A stretch of 64,000 nt of DNA from Pseudomonadota bacterium. Its GTDB lineage: Archaea > Thermoplasmatota > SW-10-69-26 > JACQPN01 > JAJPHT01. The notes beneath the pieces were generated by a model, which was not told the origin of the DNA, did not search any database, and saw nothing but the letters and a program-made list of their open reading frames with translations. The translations under genes and the position numbers were made by a program. Of this stretch, positions 49,127-57,868 are shown piece after piece (position 1 is the stretch's first letter; the number at the start of each line of letters is the position of its first letter). The stretch lies in assembly GCA_021325135.1 (NCBI GenBank), contig JAJPHT010000015.1, positions 160,001 through 224,000 on the forward strand, given 5' to 3'.

Positions 49127-49257
49127 GCGCCTCCCCGTTTCCTTCTCGTCACGTCTTGACGCGACGAGAAGGACGACACGCCCGCCCCCCGTGACCCCCC
49201 GCGTCCGCCAGCCCCTTCTCCAAACCTTAAGACGGGATGGGGCGCCTCCCCGGCCTC

Positions 49258-50190
49258 ATGCACGCCGAGGCGGAGTCCCCCTGCACCGTGGGCAACTTCG
49301 GCCCCGGCTTCGACGTGCTCAGCCTCGCCCTCGCCCGGCGCGGCGACAAGGTGTGGGTCCGCACGGCGGAGGCCGACAAGGTCACGGTGCGCGGGCCCGG
49401 CCACGAGCGCGTCCCCACCGAGTGGGCGCGCAACTCCGCCTGCGCGAGCCTCGACCACCTGCGCAAGCTCACCGGCCGCGCCGAGCCGCTGGAGGTCGTC
49501 ATCGAGAAGGGCATGCCCCCCGGCAGCGGCCTCGGCAGCAGCGCGTCCTCCAACGCCAGCGCGGTGCGCGCGTTCGCCCGCCTATGGGGTGTCGCGCTCT
49601 CGCCCTTGCAGGCGCTGGAGGCCGCCGCCGCGGGCGAGGCCGTCGCCACGGGGAGCGCGCACACGGACGACGTGGCCGCCGCGCTCTTCGGCGGGCTCAC
49701 CGTGGTGGGCGGGAAGGGCCCGGACGCCGTGATCCGGCTGCGCCCTCCCCCTCTGCATCTCGTCGTCGCGCGCCCCGAGGTCGACCTCCCCACGCGGGAG
49801 ATGCGCCGCCTCATCCCGGACGCGCTGCCCAAGGCCGCCGTCGTGGGCAACCTGAGCAACGTCGCGCGCATCGTGCACGCCTGCCACCGCGGCGACGCGG
49901 CCATGCTCTGCCGCGCGCTGGAGGACGGCATCTCGCGCCCCTACCGCGCGCCCCGCGTCCCCCTCTTCGAGGAGGCGCGCCAGGCGGCCCTCGCGCAGGG
50001 CGCCGAGGCCTTTTTGCTATCTGGGTCGGGCCCCGCCATGATCGCGGCGATGCCCGCCGAGAAGGACCCCCGCGCCGTGGAGAGCGCCATGCGCGACGTC
50101 TTCGTCAAGGCCGCGCTGGACGCCGAGGTGTTCACGACGCAGCCGCTCCCGGAGGTGAAGGACCCTGCGATTCCGCTGCATCCGCTGTGA
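49258..50190 (+). CDS. thrB: Homoserine kinase
   Basis: GNFGPGFD, PPGSGLGSSAS, SGSGP; start placed ~30 nt after TATA-like CCTTAAG. Confidence 0.92.
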   Translation: MHAEAESPCTVGNFGPGFDVLSLALARRGDKVWVRTAEADKVTVRGPGHERVPTEWARNSACASLDHLRKLTGRAEPLEVVIEKGMPPGSGLGSSASSNASAVRAFARLWGVALSPLQALEAAAAGEAVATGSAHTDDVAAALFGGLTVVGGKGPDAVIRLRPPPLHLVVARPEVDLPTREMRRLIPDALPKAAVVGNLSNVARIVHACHRGDAAMLCRALEDGISRPYRAPRVPLFEEARQAALAQGAEAFLLSGSGPAMIAAMPAEKDPRAVESAMRDVFVKAALDAEVFTTQPLPEVKDPAIPLHPL

Positions 50191-51322
50191 CCGCGACTAT
50201 CCCCTCGCGCAGGTGCGCTACCGCTGCGAGTGCGGCGGCCTCCTGGAGGTCGAGGCGGACTGGCGCTGGCGCCCCACGGAGGCGCGCGGCCTGTGGCGAT
50301 ATCGTTCCCTCCTCCCCACGCTGGACGAGGCGCCGCCCGTCACGCTCCAGGAGGGGGGAACGCCCCTCGTGAGGTGCGAGCGCCTCGCGGCGTGGGCCGG
50401 CGTGCGCGAGCTGAGCGTCAAGGTCGAGGGCGCGAACCCCACGGGCTCCTTCAAGGACCGCGGCATGACGGTGGGCGTCACCCTCGCGCGCAGCCTCGGC
50501 ATGAAGGCCCTCGCGTGCGCGAGCACGGGCAACACCAGCGCGTCCCTCGCAGCGTATGGCGCGCGGGCCGGGCTCCCCGTGAGCGTCCTCGTCCCCGCGG
50601 GCAAGATCGCGGCCGGCAAGATGGCGCAGGCCCTCGCCTTCGGCGCCAAGGTGATCGAGGTGGAGGGCGGCTTCGACGAGGCCATGTCCCTGGTGGAGCA
50701 GCTTTCCGCCGACGGCCACGTCTACCTCCTGAACTCCCTCAACCCGCTGCGCCTTGAAGGGCAGAAGACGCTCCTCTTCGAGGTGCTGGAGGCGGCCTCG
50801 CCCGACCGCGTCGTCTTCCCCGTGGGCAACGGCGGCAACGTCAGCGCCGCGCACAAGGCCATCCGCGAGGCCAACGCCACGGGCCTCTCCCGCGCGACGC
50901 CCATGCTCACCGGCGTCCAGGCCGAGGGCGCGGCGCCCCTCGCCTCCGGAAGCTATCACCCTGTGGACAAGGCCGAGACGCTGGCCACCGCCATCCGCAT
51001 CGGGCGCCCGGTCAACGCCGACAAGGCCCTGCGCGCCGTGAAGGAGACGGGCGGCGCGTTCGCCAAGGTCAGCGACGCGGAGATCTTCGACGCGCAGCGC
51101 CGCCTCGCGCGGGAGGAGGGGCTCTTCGTCGAGCCCGCCAGCGCGGCGCCCCTTGCGGGCCTTCGCAGGCTCGTGGAGTCCGGCGTCGTGGACCGCTCCG
51201 AGAGCGTGGTGCTCGTCGCGACGGGGAACGGCATGAAGGACCCCGACGTGGTGTCGCGCTACGCGTCCCCTCCGTTGCGGACGAAGGCCGATCTTCCCTC
51301 TCTTCTGAAGGTGCTATCGTGA
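50165..51322 (+). CDS. thrC: Threonine synthase (probable CTG start)
   Basis: NPTGSFKDRG, ASTGNTSAS, EGQKT, PVGNGGN, VEPASA; N-terminal CIRC..CEC ribbon is reachable only from CTG 50165. Confidence 0.93.
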   Translation: MRFRCIRCDRDYPLAQVRYRCECGGLLEVEADWRWRPTEARGLWRYRSLLPTLDEAPPVTLQEGGTPLVRCERLAAWAGVRELSVKVEGANPTGSFKDRGMTVGVTLARSLGMKALACASTGNTSASLAAYGARAGLPVSVLVPAGKIAAGKMAQALAFGAKVIEVEGGFDEAMSLVEQLSADGHVYLLNSLNPLRLEGQKTLLFEVLEAASPDRVVFPVGNGGNVSAAHKAIREANATGLSRATPMLTGVQAEGAAPLASGSYHPVDKAETLATAIRIGRPVNADKALRAVKETGGAFAKVSDAEIFDAQRRLAREEGLFVEPASAAPLAGLRRLVESGVVDRSESVVLVATGNGMKDPDVVSRYASPPLRTKADLPSLLKVLS

Positions 51323-51329
51323 TCGACAA

Positions 51330-51429
51330 GGGTCCAAAGAACGCGACGAGCGCCACGAGCGCAAAGGACGCGACGACGGGAAACATCGCGACCTTGGCGC
51401 TCTTCGCGCTCGTCGCGTTCTTTGGACCC
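51330..51429. repeat. Perfect 24-bp inverted repeat element inside the thr operon
   Basis: GGGTCCAAAGAACGCGACGAGCGC (51330-51353) and its reverse complement (51406-51429); internal 9-nt periodicity. Confidence 0.8.
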
Positions 51430-51452
51430 CTGGCCAGGGAGGTGACGTTCAG

Positions 51453-51950
51453 GTGAAGCTCGACATCCTCGTGGAACTCCGGGACTCTCCAGGCCAGCTC
51501 AGCCAGGCCCTCGCCACCGTGAGCCGCTTCGGAGGCAACGTCATCAGCGTCCTCCACGAGCACGGCAAGCGTCGCGGCGACTGGGTCCCCGTGCGCATCG
51601 TGCTGGAGATCCCCAAGGAGGGGGAGGAGCCGCTGGTCAACGCGCTCAAGGCCGAAAGCCGCGTCGTCTCCGTGGGCGGCGCCAGCGCGACGATCCCCTT
51701 CGCGTTCCTCCTCCTGGGGCACGTCTTCGAGTCGCACGTGCAGGAGATCACCGACGCCGTCTTCGCCGCGGGCGCCGAGGTGCGCCGCTTCAGCGCGGAG
51801 ATCGCGAGCCGCGAGGCGCCCAGCGCGGCCCTGGTGGAGATCGCGGCGGGCAACGCCGAGACGCTCCAGGCCGCCCGCGAGCGCGTGCAGGAGATGGCGC
51901 GCGCCAAGGGGCTTCTCATGATCGAGGCCCTGGGGGGCGCTCCCGAATGA
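51453..51950 (+). CDS. ACT-domain protein (homoserine dehydrogenase-associated, COG2061-like)
   Basis: ELRDSPGQL..GGNVISVLH, LLGHV; immediately upstream of hom. Confidence 0.85.
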   Translation: MKLDILVELRDSPGQLSQALATVSRFGGNVISVLHEHGKRRGDWVPVRIVLEIPKEGEEPLVNALKAESRVVSVGGASATIPFAFLLLGHVFESHVQEITDAVFAAGAEVRRFSAEIASREAPSAALVEIAAGNAETLQAARERVQEMARAKGLLMIEALGGAPE

Positions 51951-52056
51951 GCCGCATCCTGCTCGCTTCGGCCGAAGCCTCTCCTCGCGGCCTTGCGGCC
52001 GCTCGTCGGGATCGGCCTCGCTCGGAGGATGCGTCATGAGCCGCATCCTCCTCGCT
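51947..52056 (+). repeat. Duplicated 5' end of hom with an internal inverted copy; creates a 30-codon linker ORF (51947-52039)
   Basis: ATGAGCCGCATCCTGCTCGCT (51947) vs ATGAGCCGCATCCTCCTCGCT (52036); inverted GAGGATGCG at 52025-52033. Confidence 0.8.
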
Positions 52057-53022
52057 GGGCACGGCAACGTGGGGAAGGCGTTCCATGAGCTTCTCCTGGA
52101 GGAGGCCCCGCGCCTCGCGGCCCTCCTGGGCGAGGCGCCCAAGGTGGTGGGCGTGCTGCGCCGCAGCGGCGCGTGGCTCGACGAGAACGGCGTCGGCGTG
52201 GGCGCCACGCTGCTCTCGCGGCGGCAATCGCTCTCCGTCGTGGACGCGCTGGACAAGGTGCGGCCCGACGTCTTCGTGGAGCTGACCACCAGCAACCTCC
52301 AGACGGGCGAGCCGGGCGCTTCCTACATCCGCGCGGCGCTGGAGCGCGGCATCCCCGTCGTCACGGCCAACAAGGGGCCCCTCCTGCGCCACTACGAGAG
52401 CCTCACCACGCTGGCGAAGAGGAAGGGCGTGCCGCTGCGCTTCGAAGGCACGGTGGCAGGCTCGATCCCCACGCTCAACCTCCACGAGTTCACCCTGGTC
52501 GGGAACCCGGTCACGCGCTTCGACGGCATCCTCAACGGCACGTCGAACTACATCCTCACGCGCATGGCCGAGGAGGGGCTCGCCTTCGCGGACGCGCTCA
52601 AGGAGGCGCAGGAGCTTGGCTACGCCGAGGCGGACCCCACGAGCGACGTGGGCGGCCACGACGCGGCGGCGAAGCTCGTCATCCTCGCCAACCACGTCCT
52701 GGGCGTGCCCCTGTCGTTCGAGGACGTTCAGCGCGAGGGGATCGAGCGCATCAGCGCGGCCGCCATCCGCCTCGCCGCCAAGGAGGGCTACGCCATCCGG
52801 CTCATCGCGACCGCGGACGCCGCCACGCGGCAGGCCAGCGTCGCGCCGCGCCTCGTGCCCGTGGACTCCTCCCTCAACGTGCGCGGCAGCCTCAACGTCG
52901 TGCGCTTCGCCACCGCGCACGCGGGCTCGTTCACCATCAGCGGCAAGGGCGCGGGCGGCCGGGAGACGGCCACGGCGGTCCTCAGCGACGTCATCCACGT
53001 CCTGCGGGGGCGAACGACCTAG
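52036..53022 (+). CDS. hom: Homoserine dehydrogenase
   Basis: GHGNVG, VVTANKG, GILNGTSNYIL, GYAEADPTSDVGGHDAAAK, GKGAGGRETA. Confidence 0.95.
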   Translation: MSRILLAGHGNVGKAFHELLLEEAPRLAALLGEAPKVVGVLRRSGAWLDENGVGVGATLLSRRQSLSVVDALDKVRPDVFVELTTSNLQTGEPGASYIRAALERGIPVVTANKGPLLRHYESLTTLAKRKGVPLRFEGTVAGSIPTLNLHEFTLVGNPVTRFDGILNGTSNYILTRMAEEGLAFADALKEAQELGYAEADPTSDVGGHDAAAKLVILANHVLGVPLSFEDVQREGIERISAAAIRLAAKEGYAIRLIATADAATRQASVAPRLVPVDSSLNVRGSLNVVRFATAHAGSFTISGKGAGGRETATAVLSDVIHVLRGRTT

Positions 53023-53077
53023 AACGGTGCCCGGAAGAAGGCGGTGGATTGATCCTGCAAGGCTCCTTCGATGGGGC

Positions 53078-55255
53078 ATGGGCGGAGAGGGGCAGGCCGA
53101 CGCCGACCGCCGCACCCGCCTCCTTCTGCGGGCGGGGCAGGTCTTCGCCTCCTCCCTGGACTACGACCTCACGCTCCAGAACCTCGCCGACCTCGTCGTC
53201 CCCGAGCTTGCCGACTGGTGCGGCGTCCACATGCTGGCGGAGGGCGGGCTCGTCCTCCCCCTGGCGATCCGCCACCGCCGCGCGGACGGCGACGAGATCT
53301 CGAAGGAGTGGATCACGCGCTTCCCCGCGCGCGTCGGCGACCCCGCCGGCATCGGCCGCGTCGTGCGCGAGGGCCGCACCGCCAGCGCGCTGGACGTGAC
53401 GCCCGCCATCCTGCGCGCCTTCGCCCCCTCGGAGGAGGCGGCCCGCGTCGCGGAGCGCGTGGGCGTCCGCTCCGTCATCATCGTGCCGCTGCGCGTCCGC
53501 GGCGAGACGGTGGGCGCCGTGTCCCTCGCCATGGCCGAGTCGGGGCGCCGCCACGCGCCCGAGGACGTGACGCTCGCCGAGGACCTCGCGCTGCGCGCCG
53601 CGGCCGCCATCGACAATGCGCGGCTCCTCCAGGCGGAGCGCGACCAGCGCGCCCGCGCCGAGCGCGCGCTCTCCGCCCTGGGCCGGCTGCACGCCGTCAC
53701 CTCCGCGCTGGCCGGCGCCTCCACGCTGGAGGAGGTGGGCTCCTTCCTCGTGCGCGAGGCCAGCGCCAGCGTCGAGGCCGAGTCGGGCCTCCTCGCGCTC
53801 CTCGACGAGGAGGGCCGCGCGCTGGACCTCTTCCGCATCCACGAGGTCCCCGACGACCTCGCGCGCCCCTTCGCGCGCATCCCCCTGGACGCCGACCTGC
53901 CCGCGGCGGAGGCCTTCCGCACGGGCGAGCCCGTCTTCGTCGAGACGCGCGAGGCGCTCTACGCCCGCTGGTCGGGCCTCCAAGGGCGCGCCGTCCAGAA
54001 CGAGGCGTGGGCCGTCGTCCCCCTCGTCTGGGGCGAGACGCGCCTGGGCGCCGCGTGGTTCGGCTTCCCCGCGCCGCGCGCGTTCAGCGCCGAGGACCGC
54101 GCCTTCCTCCTGGCCCTCGCCGCGCAGGGCGCGCAGGCCCTGGGCCGCACGCGCCTGGAGGCCGCCTCGCGGCTCCAGCGGCGCCTCCTGGAGTCGGAGA
54201 ACGAGGCCGCGCTGGACGGCATCTGCCTCCAGGGCGCCGACGGGCGCGTCATCTTCCACAACAGGCGCCTCCTCGCCCTCTTCCACGTGGAGGAGAAGGC
54301 GCTGCGCGAAGCCGGCCCCGACGCGCTTGTCGCGGCGTGCATGGGCCAGATGGAGGACCCCGAGGCGTTCCGTGCCCTCGCGCGCAAGCTGGGCGGCGAG
54401 AGTGACGACTCGCTGCGCTTCGACCTGCGCCTCCGCGGCGGCCGCACGCTGGACGCCTACACCGCGCCCGTGAAGGGCGAGCGCGGCGAGCGCCTGGCCC
54501 GCGCGTGGTACTTCCGCGACGTCACCGAGCGCCGCCGCCTGGAGGCCGAGCTCCTGGAGGCGCGCCGGCAGCTGGCCCACCGCGAGAAGCTCGCCGCCAT
54601 GGGCACCCTCGTCTCGGGCGTCGCGCACGAGATCCGCACGCCCCTCGCGTACATGGGCAACCACGCCTTCGTCCTCCAGCGCCTCGCCGCGCCGGGCTCG
54701 GGCGTCCCCGAGGGCGAGGCCGCCCGGCTGCGCGAGGCCGCGGACGCCATCGTCGAGGGCGTCGACCGCATCAACCACCTCGTGCGCGAGCTTCGCCGCT
54801 TCGTCCGCATGAACGAGGGCGAGCCCCGGGCGTTCGCGTGGGACGAGATGGTGGAGGCCGCCGCGCGCCTCTTCGAGGTCACGCACCGCGGCGTCCGCCT
54901 CTCCGTCTCCTTGCGCTCCGGCGCCGAGGTCCGCGCCGACCGCCTCCAGCTCCAGCAGGTGGTCCTCAACCTCCTGGAGAACGCGGCCGACGCCTCCCCT
55001 CCGGACGCCGAGGTGCGCCTCGCCACGAGCCTGGAGGCGGGGTGGGCCGTCCTGCGCGTCGAGGACGACGGCACGGGCATCCCTCCCGACGTGAAGGCGC
55101 GCATCTTCGAGCCCTTCTTCACCACGAAGGAGGGGGGCACGGGGCTGGGCCTCGCCATCGTGCGCCGCATCGTGGAGGCCCACGAGGGGCGCGTCTCCGT
55201 CGAGTCCGAGCCGGGGAAGGGGACCCTCTTCGAGGCGCGGCTCAGGGTGGCGTAG
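53078..55255 (+). CDS. GAF-GAF-PAS histidine kinase
   Basis: LADWC GAF, H-box VAHEIRTPL, NLLENA, DDGTG, FFTTKEGGTGLGL. Confidence 0.92.
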   Translation: MGGEGQADADRRTRLLLRAGQVFASSLDYDLTLQNLADLVVPELADWCGVHMLAEGGLVLPLAIRHRRADGDEISKEWITRFPARVGDPAGIGRVVREGRTASALDVTPAILRAFAPSEEAARVAERVGVRSVIIVPLRVRGETVGAVSLAMAESGRRHAPEDVTLAEDLALRAAAAIDNARLLQAERDQRARAERALSALGRLHAVTSALAGASTLEEVGSFLVREASASVEAESGLLALLDEEGRALDLFRIHEVPDDLARPFARIPLDADLPAAEAFRTGEPVFVETREALYARWSGLQGRAVQNEAWAVVPLVWGETRLGAAWFGFPAPRAFSAEDRAFLLALAAQGAQALGRTRLEAASRLQRRLLESENEAALDGICLQGADGRVIFHNRRLLALFHVEEKALREAGPDALVAACMGQMEDPEAFRALARKLGGESDDSLRFDLRLRGGRTLDAYTAPVKGERGERLARAWYFRDVTERRRLEAELLEARRQLAHREKLAAMGTLVSGVAHEIRTPLAYMGNHAFVLQRLAAPGSGVPEGEAARLREAADAIVEGVDRINHLVRELRRFVRMNEGEPRAFAWDEMVEAAARLFEVTHRGVRLSVSLRSGAEVRADRLQLQQVVLNLLENAADASPPDAEVRLATSLEAGWAVLRVEDDGTGIPPDVKARIFEPFFTTKEGGTGLGLAIVRRIVEAHEGRVSVESEPGKGTLFEARLRVA

Positions 55256-55299
55256 CCCCCCGCAAACGTTCAAGTCCAGCCCCCTTCCTCGCCCTCGCC

Positions 55300-56637
55300 G
55301 TGAACCTGGCGGCGCTCGCGCGCTACCCCTTCCTCCCCGAGGCCGGCGCCTGGGTCGCGCAGGAGGGCCCCTCCCTGGAGGACCTGCTCGCCGAGCGCGT
55401 GTACGCCGGGGCCCGGGCGCGGGGGCGCGAGCGGCTGCTGGCCGCCATCGAGCAGGGGGAGCTTCCCGCGACGGCGCTCGCCGAGGCCTCGGGCCCGCGC
55501 GAGCTTCTGGAGGAGCTTCTGGCCTACGTCTACGCGCGCATCCTGGTGTGCGCCATGGACGACCCCTACGTCGTGCGACGGCACGCGCTGGCGGAGGCGG
55601 TGCGGGCGCGCGGCTTCCTGGCAGTGGAGCGCGATCCCGCGCTCCTCGCGCGCGCGGCGGAGGCGGTGGGCCTCGCCTTCGAGCCCGAGGGCGCGGGCTT
55701 CCGCGCGCACTTCACGGAGTACCTGCGCTACGCGGTCCACCTCAAGGACGTGGAGTGGAAGCTCGTGCGGCAGCCGCTCTCCCGGGGGTTCGTCCAGATG
55801 GACGCGGCCACCGCGTCGCGCCTCGTGCAGGAGGCGTTGAGGCGGCGCATCGAGGCCGAGCTTCCCAAGCCCTTGGCGGAGGAGGTGGAGGAGGCGGTGG
55901 CGGGGGACCTCGCGCCGCTCCTGGAGGCCGCGCGCGTGCGCAAGGAGGCCATCCGCCCCGAGGCGTTCGGCGCGGTGCAGCTTGACCTCATCCCGCCCTG
56001 CATGGCGAACCTCCTCGCGGAGCTTCAGCAGGGGAAGAACGTCGCGCACAACGGGCGCTTCGCCATCACGACGTTCCTGCACAAGATCGGCCTCTCCAGC
56101 GAGGACATCATGAAGCTCTTCGCGCAGGCGCCCGACTTCCGCGAGGACCTCACGCGATATCAGGTCGAGCACATCACGGGCGTCACGTCGTCCACCGTCT
56201 ACAACGTGCCCGGCTGCGACAACCTCCAGACGTTCAGCCTCTGCTACGCGGACGATCTCTGCCGCACCAAGACCAAGGCGGGCATGCCGCGCGTGCGCTA
56301 CCCGGGCGACTACTACCGCTACATGGTGGAGGCGCAGGCCGTAAGCGGGCCCATCGCGCAGCGCGTTCCCCTGGACGACCCCAAGGTGCTCACGATGCAC
56401 CTCGCCAAGAGCTACGGCCTCCTCATGCGCGCGAAGGAGATGGCGGAGTCGCCGGCCTTCCAGCGCGTCGAGCCGGAGGCCGTGCTCGCGTGGGTCGCGG
56501 AGGCGAAGATCCCCGTGAAGGTCAAGGCCGGCGAGAAGGGCTCCTCCATCGTCATGGAGCCCGACGACCCGTGGCAGGTCCTCCGCCTGGTGGAGGGGTT
56601 CCTGGCGGCGCGCCCCGCCGCGAAGCGCGGCCCGTGA
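55300..56637 (+). CDS. priL: DNA primase large subunit PriL with C-terminal extension
   Basis: ARYPFLPEA, WKLV, PPCM, HNGRF, PDF..TRYQVEHI, Fe-S Cys cluster. Confidence 0.92.
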   Translation: MNLAALARYPFLPEAGAWVAQEGPSLEDLLAERVYAGARARGRERLLAAIEQGELPATALAEASGPRELLEELLAYVYARILVCAMDDPYVVRRHALAEAVRARGFLAVERDPALLARAAEAVGLAFEPEGAGFRAHFTEYLRYAVHLKDVEWKLVRQPLSRGFVQMDAATASRLVQEALRRRIEAELPKPLAEEVEEAVAGDLAPLLEAARVRKEAIRPEAFGAVQLDLIPPCMANLLAELQQGKNVAHNGRFAITTFLHKIGLSSEDIMKLFAQAPDFREDLTRYQVEHITGVTSSTVYNVPGCDNLQTFSLCYADDLCRTKTKAGMPRVRYPGDYYRYMVEAQAVSGPIAQRVPLDDPKVLTMHLAKSYGLLMRAKEMAESPAFQRVEPEAVLAWVAEAKIPVKVKAGEKGSSIVMEPDDPWQVLRLVEGFLAARPAAKRGP

Positions 56638-56643
56638 GCGGCC

Positions 56644-57738
56644 TCACCCGCACGCAAGGGGCACGGGCGCGAGGCCCGGCTGCGCCGCGAACGCCAGGTG
56701 CGCGAGGCCGAAGGAGTCCTCCATGCCGCGCAGCAGGCTGTAGTGGTTCACGGGCGTCGTGTCGATGCGGCCCGGCGCGATGCAGGGGCCCAGCACGACG
56801 GCGCCCACCTGGCCGCCGCCCGCGCCCTGCTCGCCGGCCATGGGCGTGTCGTAGCCGCTCTGCTCGCCGCAGCACGCGGCGTTGTCGTCCCCCTCGTCGA
56901 AGACGATGACGATGCGCCCGTCCTGCTGGTAGGCGGGGCTGGCCTCGATGCGGGGGACCCAGGCGCGGAGGAACTGCTCGATGCCGGCGTAGCCGCCGGG
57001 GCGCGTCGCGTTCTTGGAGCAGGGGCTGTCGTGGCCGTCGCTGCAGAGGTTGGGCGTGATGAACGCGAGGTTGGGCGTCGTGCCCACGCTCTGAAGGTCC
57101 GCGTTGAGGTCGTCGAGGTCCACGACGTGCTGCGAGCAGGAGGCCGCGTCGTCGATGACGCTGTGGAAGTAGACGAAGGGGACGTGCTTCGTCGCGTACT
57201 GGTCGTCCGCGCTGGTCTCGCCCTCCCACGGGTCCTGAGCGTTGAGGGGCGCGTGGCGGCAGGTGGTGGGCGCGCTCTGGGGCGAGGCGGCCATGTCCTC
57301 GCCGTACATGCGCCACGTCTTGCCCGCGGCGCTGAGCTGGTCGCCGATGGTCTTCGCGGCGGCCGGGTAGACGCAGCCCTGCCCGATGGCCTGGCCATCC
57401 AGCGGGTTGACGACGCCCACGAAGTCGGTGTAGGACGGGCAGTCGGCCTGCGTCTGGGGGTTGGGGCCCTGGCCGCTCACCATGGAGATGTAGTTGTCCA
57501 GGCTCGCGTGGCCCGTGCCGTAGTAGTTGGGCAGGAAGAGGCCCGCGTTCACGAGGTCGTGCGCGAGGTAGGGCGAGCCGCCGTTGGGGCCGAAGGTCCG
57601 GCTGAAGCCCTTGTTCTCCAGGACGATGACGAAGACGTGGCCCGGCTGGGCGGGGAGCGCGGCGCCGGCGTCGAACGTCGCCAGGAAGGGGAGCGTGAGG
57701 AGCGCGCAGAGCGCCAGGCTCGGCAGGGGGGAGCGCAT
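56644..57738 (-). CDS. Secreted phosphoesterase (phospholipase C/acid phosphatase family)
   Basis: HVFVIVLEN, HASLDNY, KHVPF, PNLCSDGHD, FDEG, NHYSLLR. Confidence 0.9.
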   Translation of the reverse strand: MRSPLPSLALCALLTLPFLATFDAGAALPAQPGHVFVIVLENKGFSRTFGPNGGSPYLAHDLVNAGLFLPNYYGTGHASLDNYISMVSGQGPNPQTQADCPSYTDFVGVVNPLDGQAIGQGCVYPAAAKTIGDQLSAAGKTWRMYGEDMAASPQSAPTTCRHAPLNAQDPWEGETSADDQYATKHVPFVYFHSVIDDAASCSQHVVDLDDLNADLQSVGTTPNLAFITPNLCSDGHDSPCSKNATRPGGYAGIEQFLRAWVPRIEASPAYQQDGRIVIVFDEGDDNAACCGEQSGYDTPMAGEQGAGGGQVGAVVLGPCIAPGRIDTTPVNHYSLLRGMEDSFGLAHLAFAAQPGLAPVPLACG

Positions 57739-57868
57739 GCGGGCCTCGAACGGGGGAGCAGGGCTTGAGCCGTGCGCCCGGAGACGCGGGAAGGGCCGAA
57801 GACCTCCGGATGTCTCCGAAGGCTCGCTTGCCGCCGGGCTCAAGCACGCGGGAGCGCCCGAGGGGCCC

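Noticed and set aside
26095-52056. Diversity-generating retroelement (TR/VR) as the cause of the duplicated gene ends
   Set aside because: Copies are only 17-30 nt, mismatches are not adenine-specific, an inverted middle copy is present, and no reverse transcriptase is in the window
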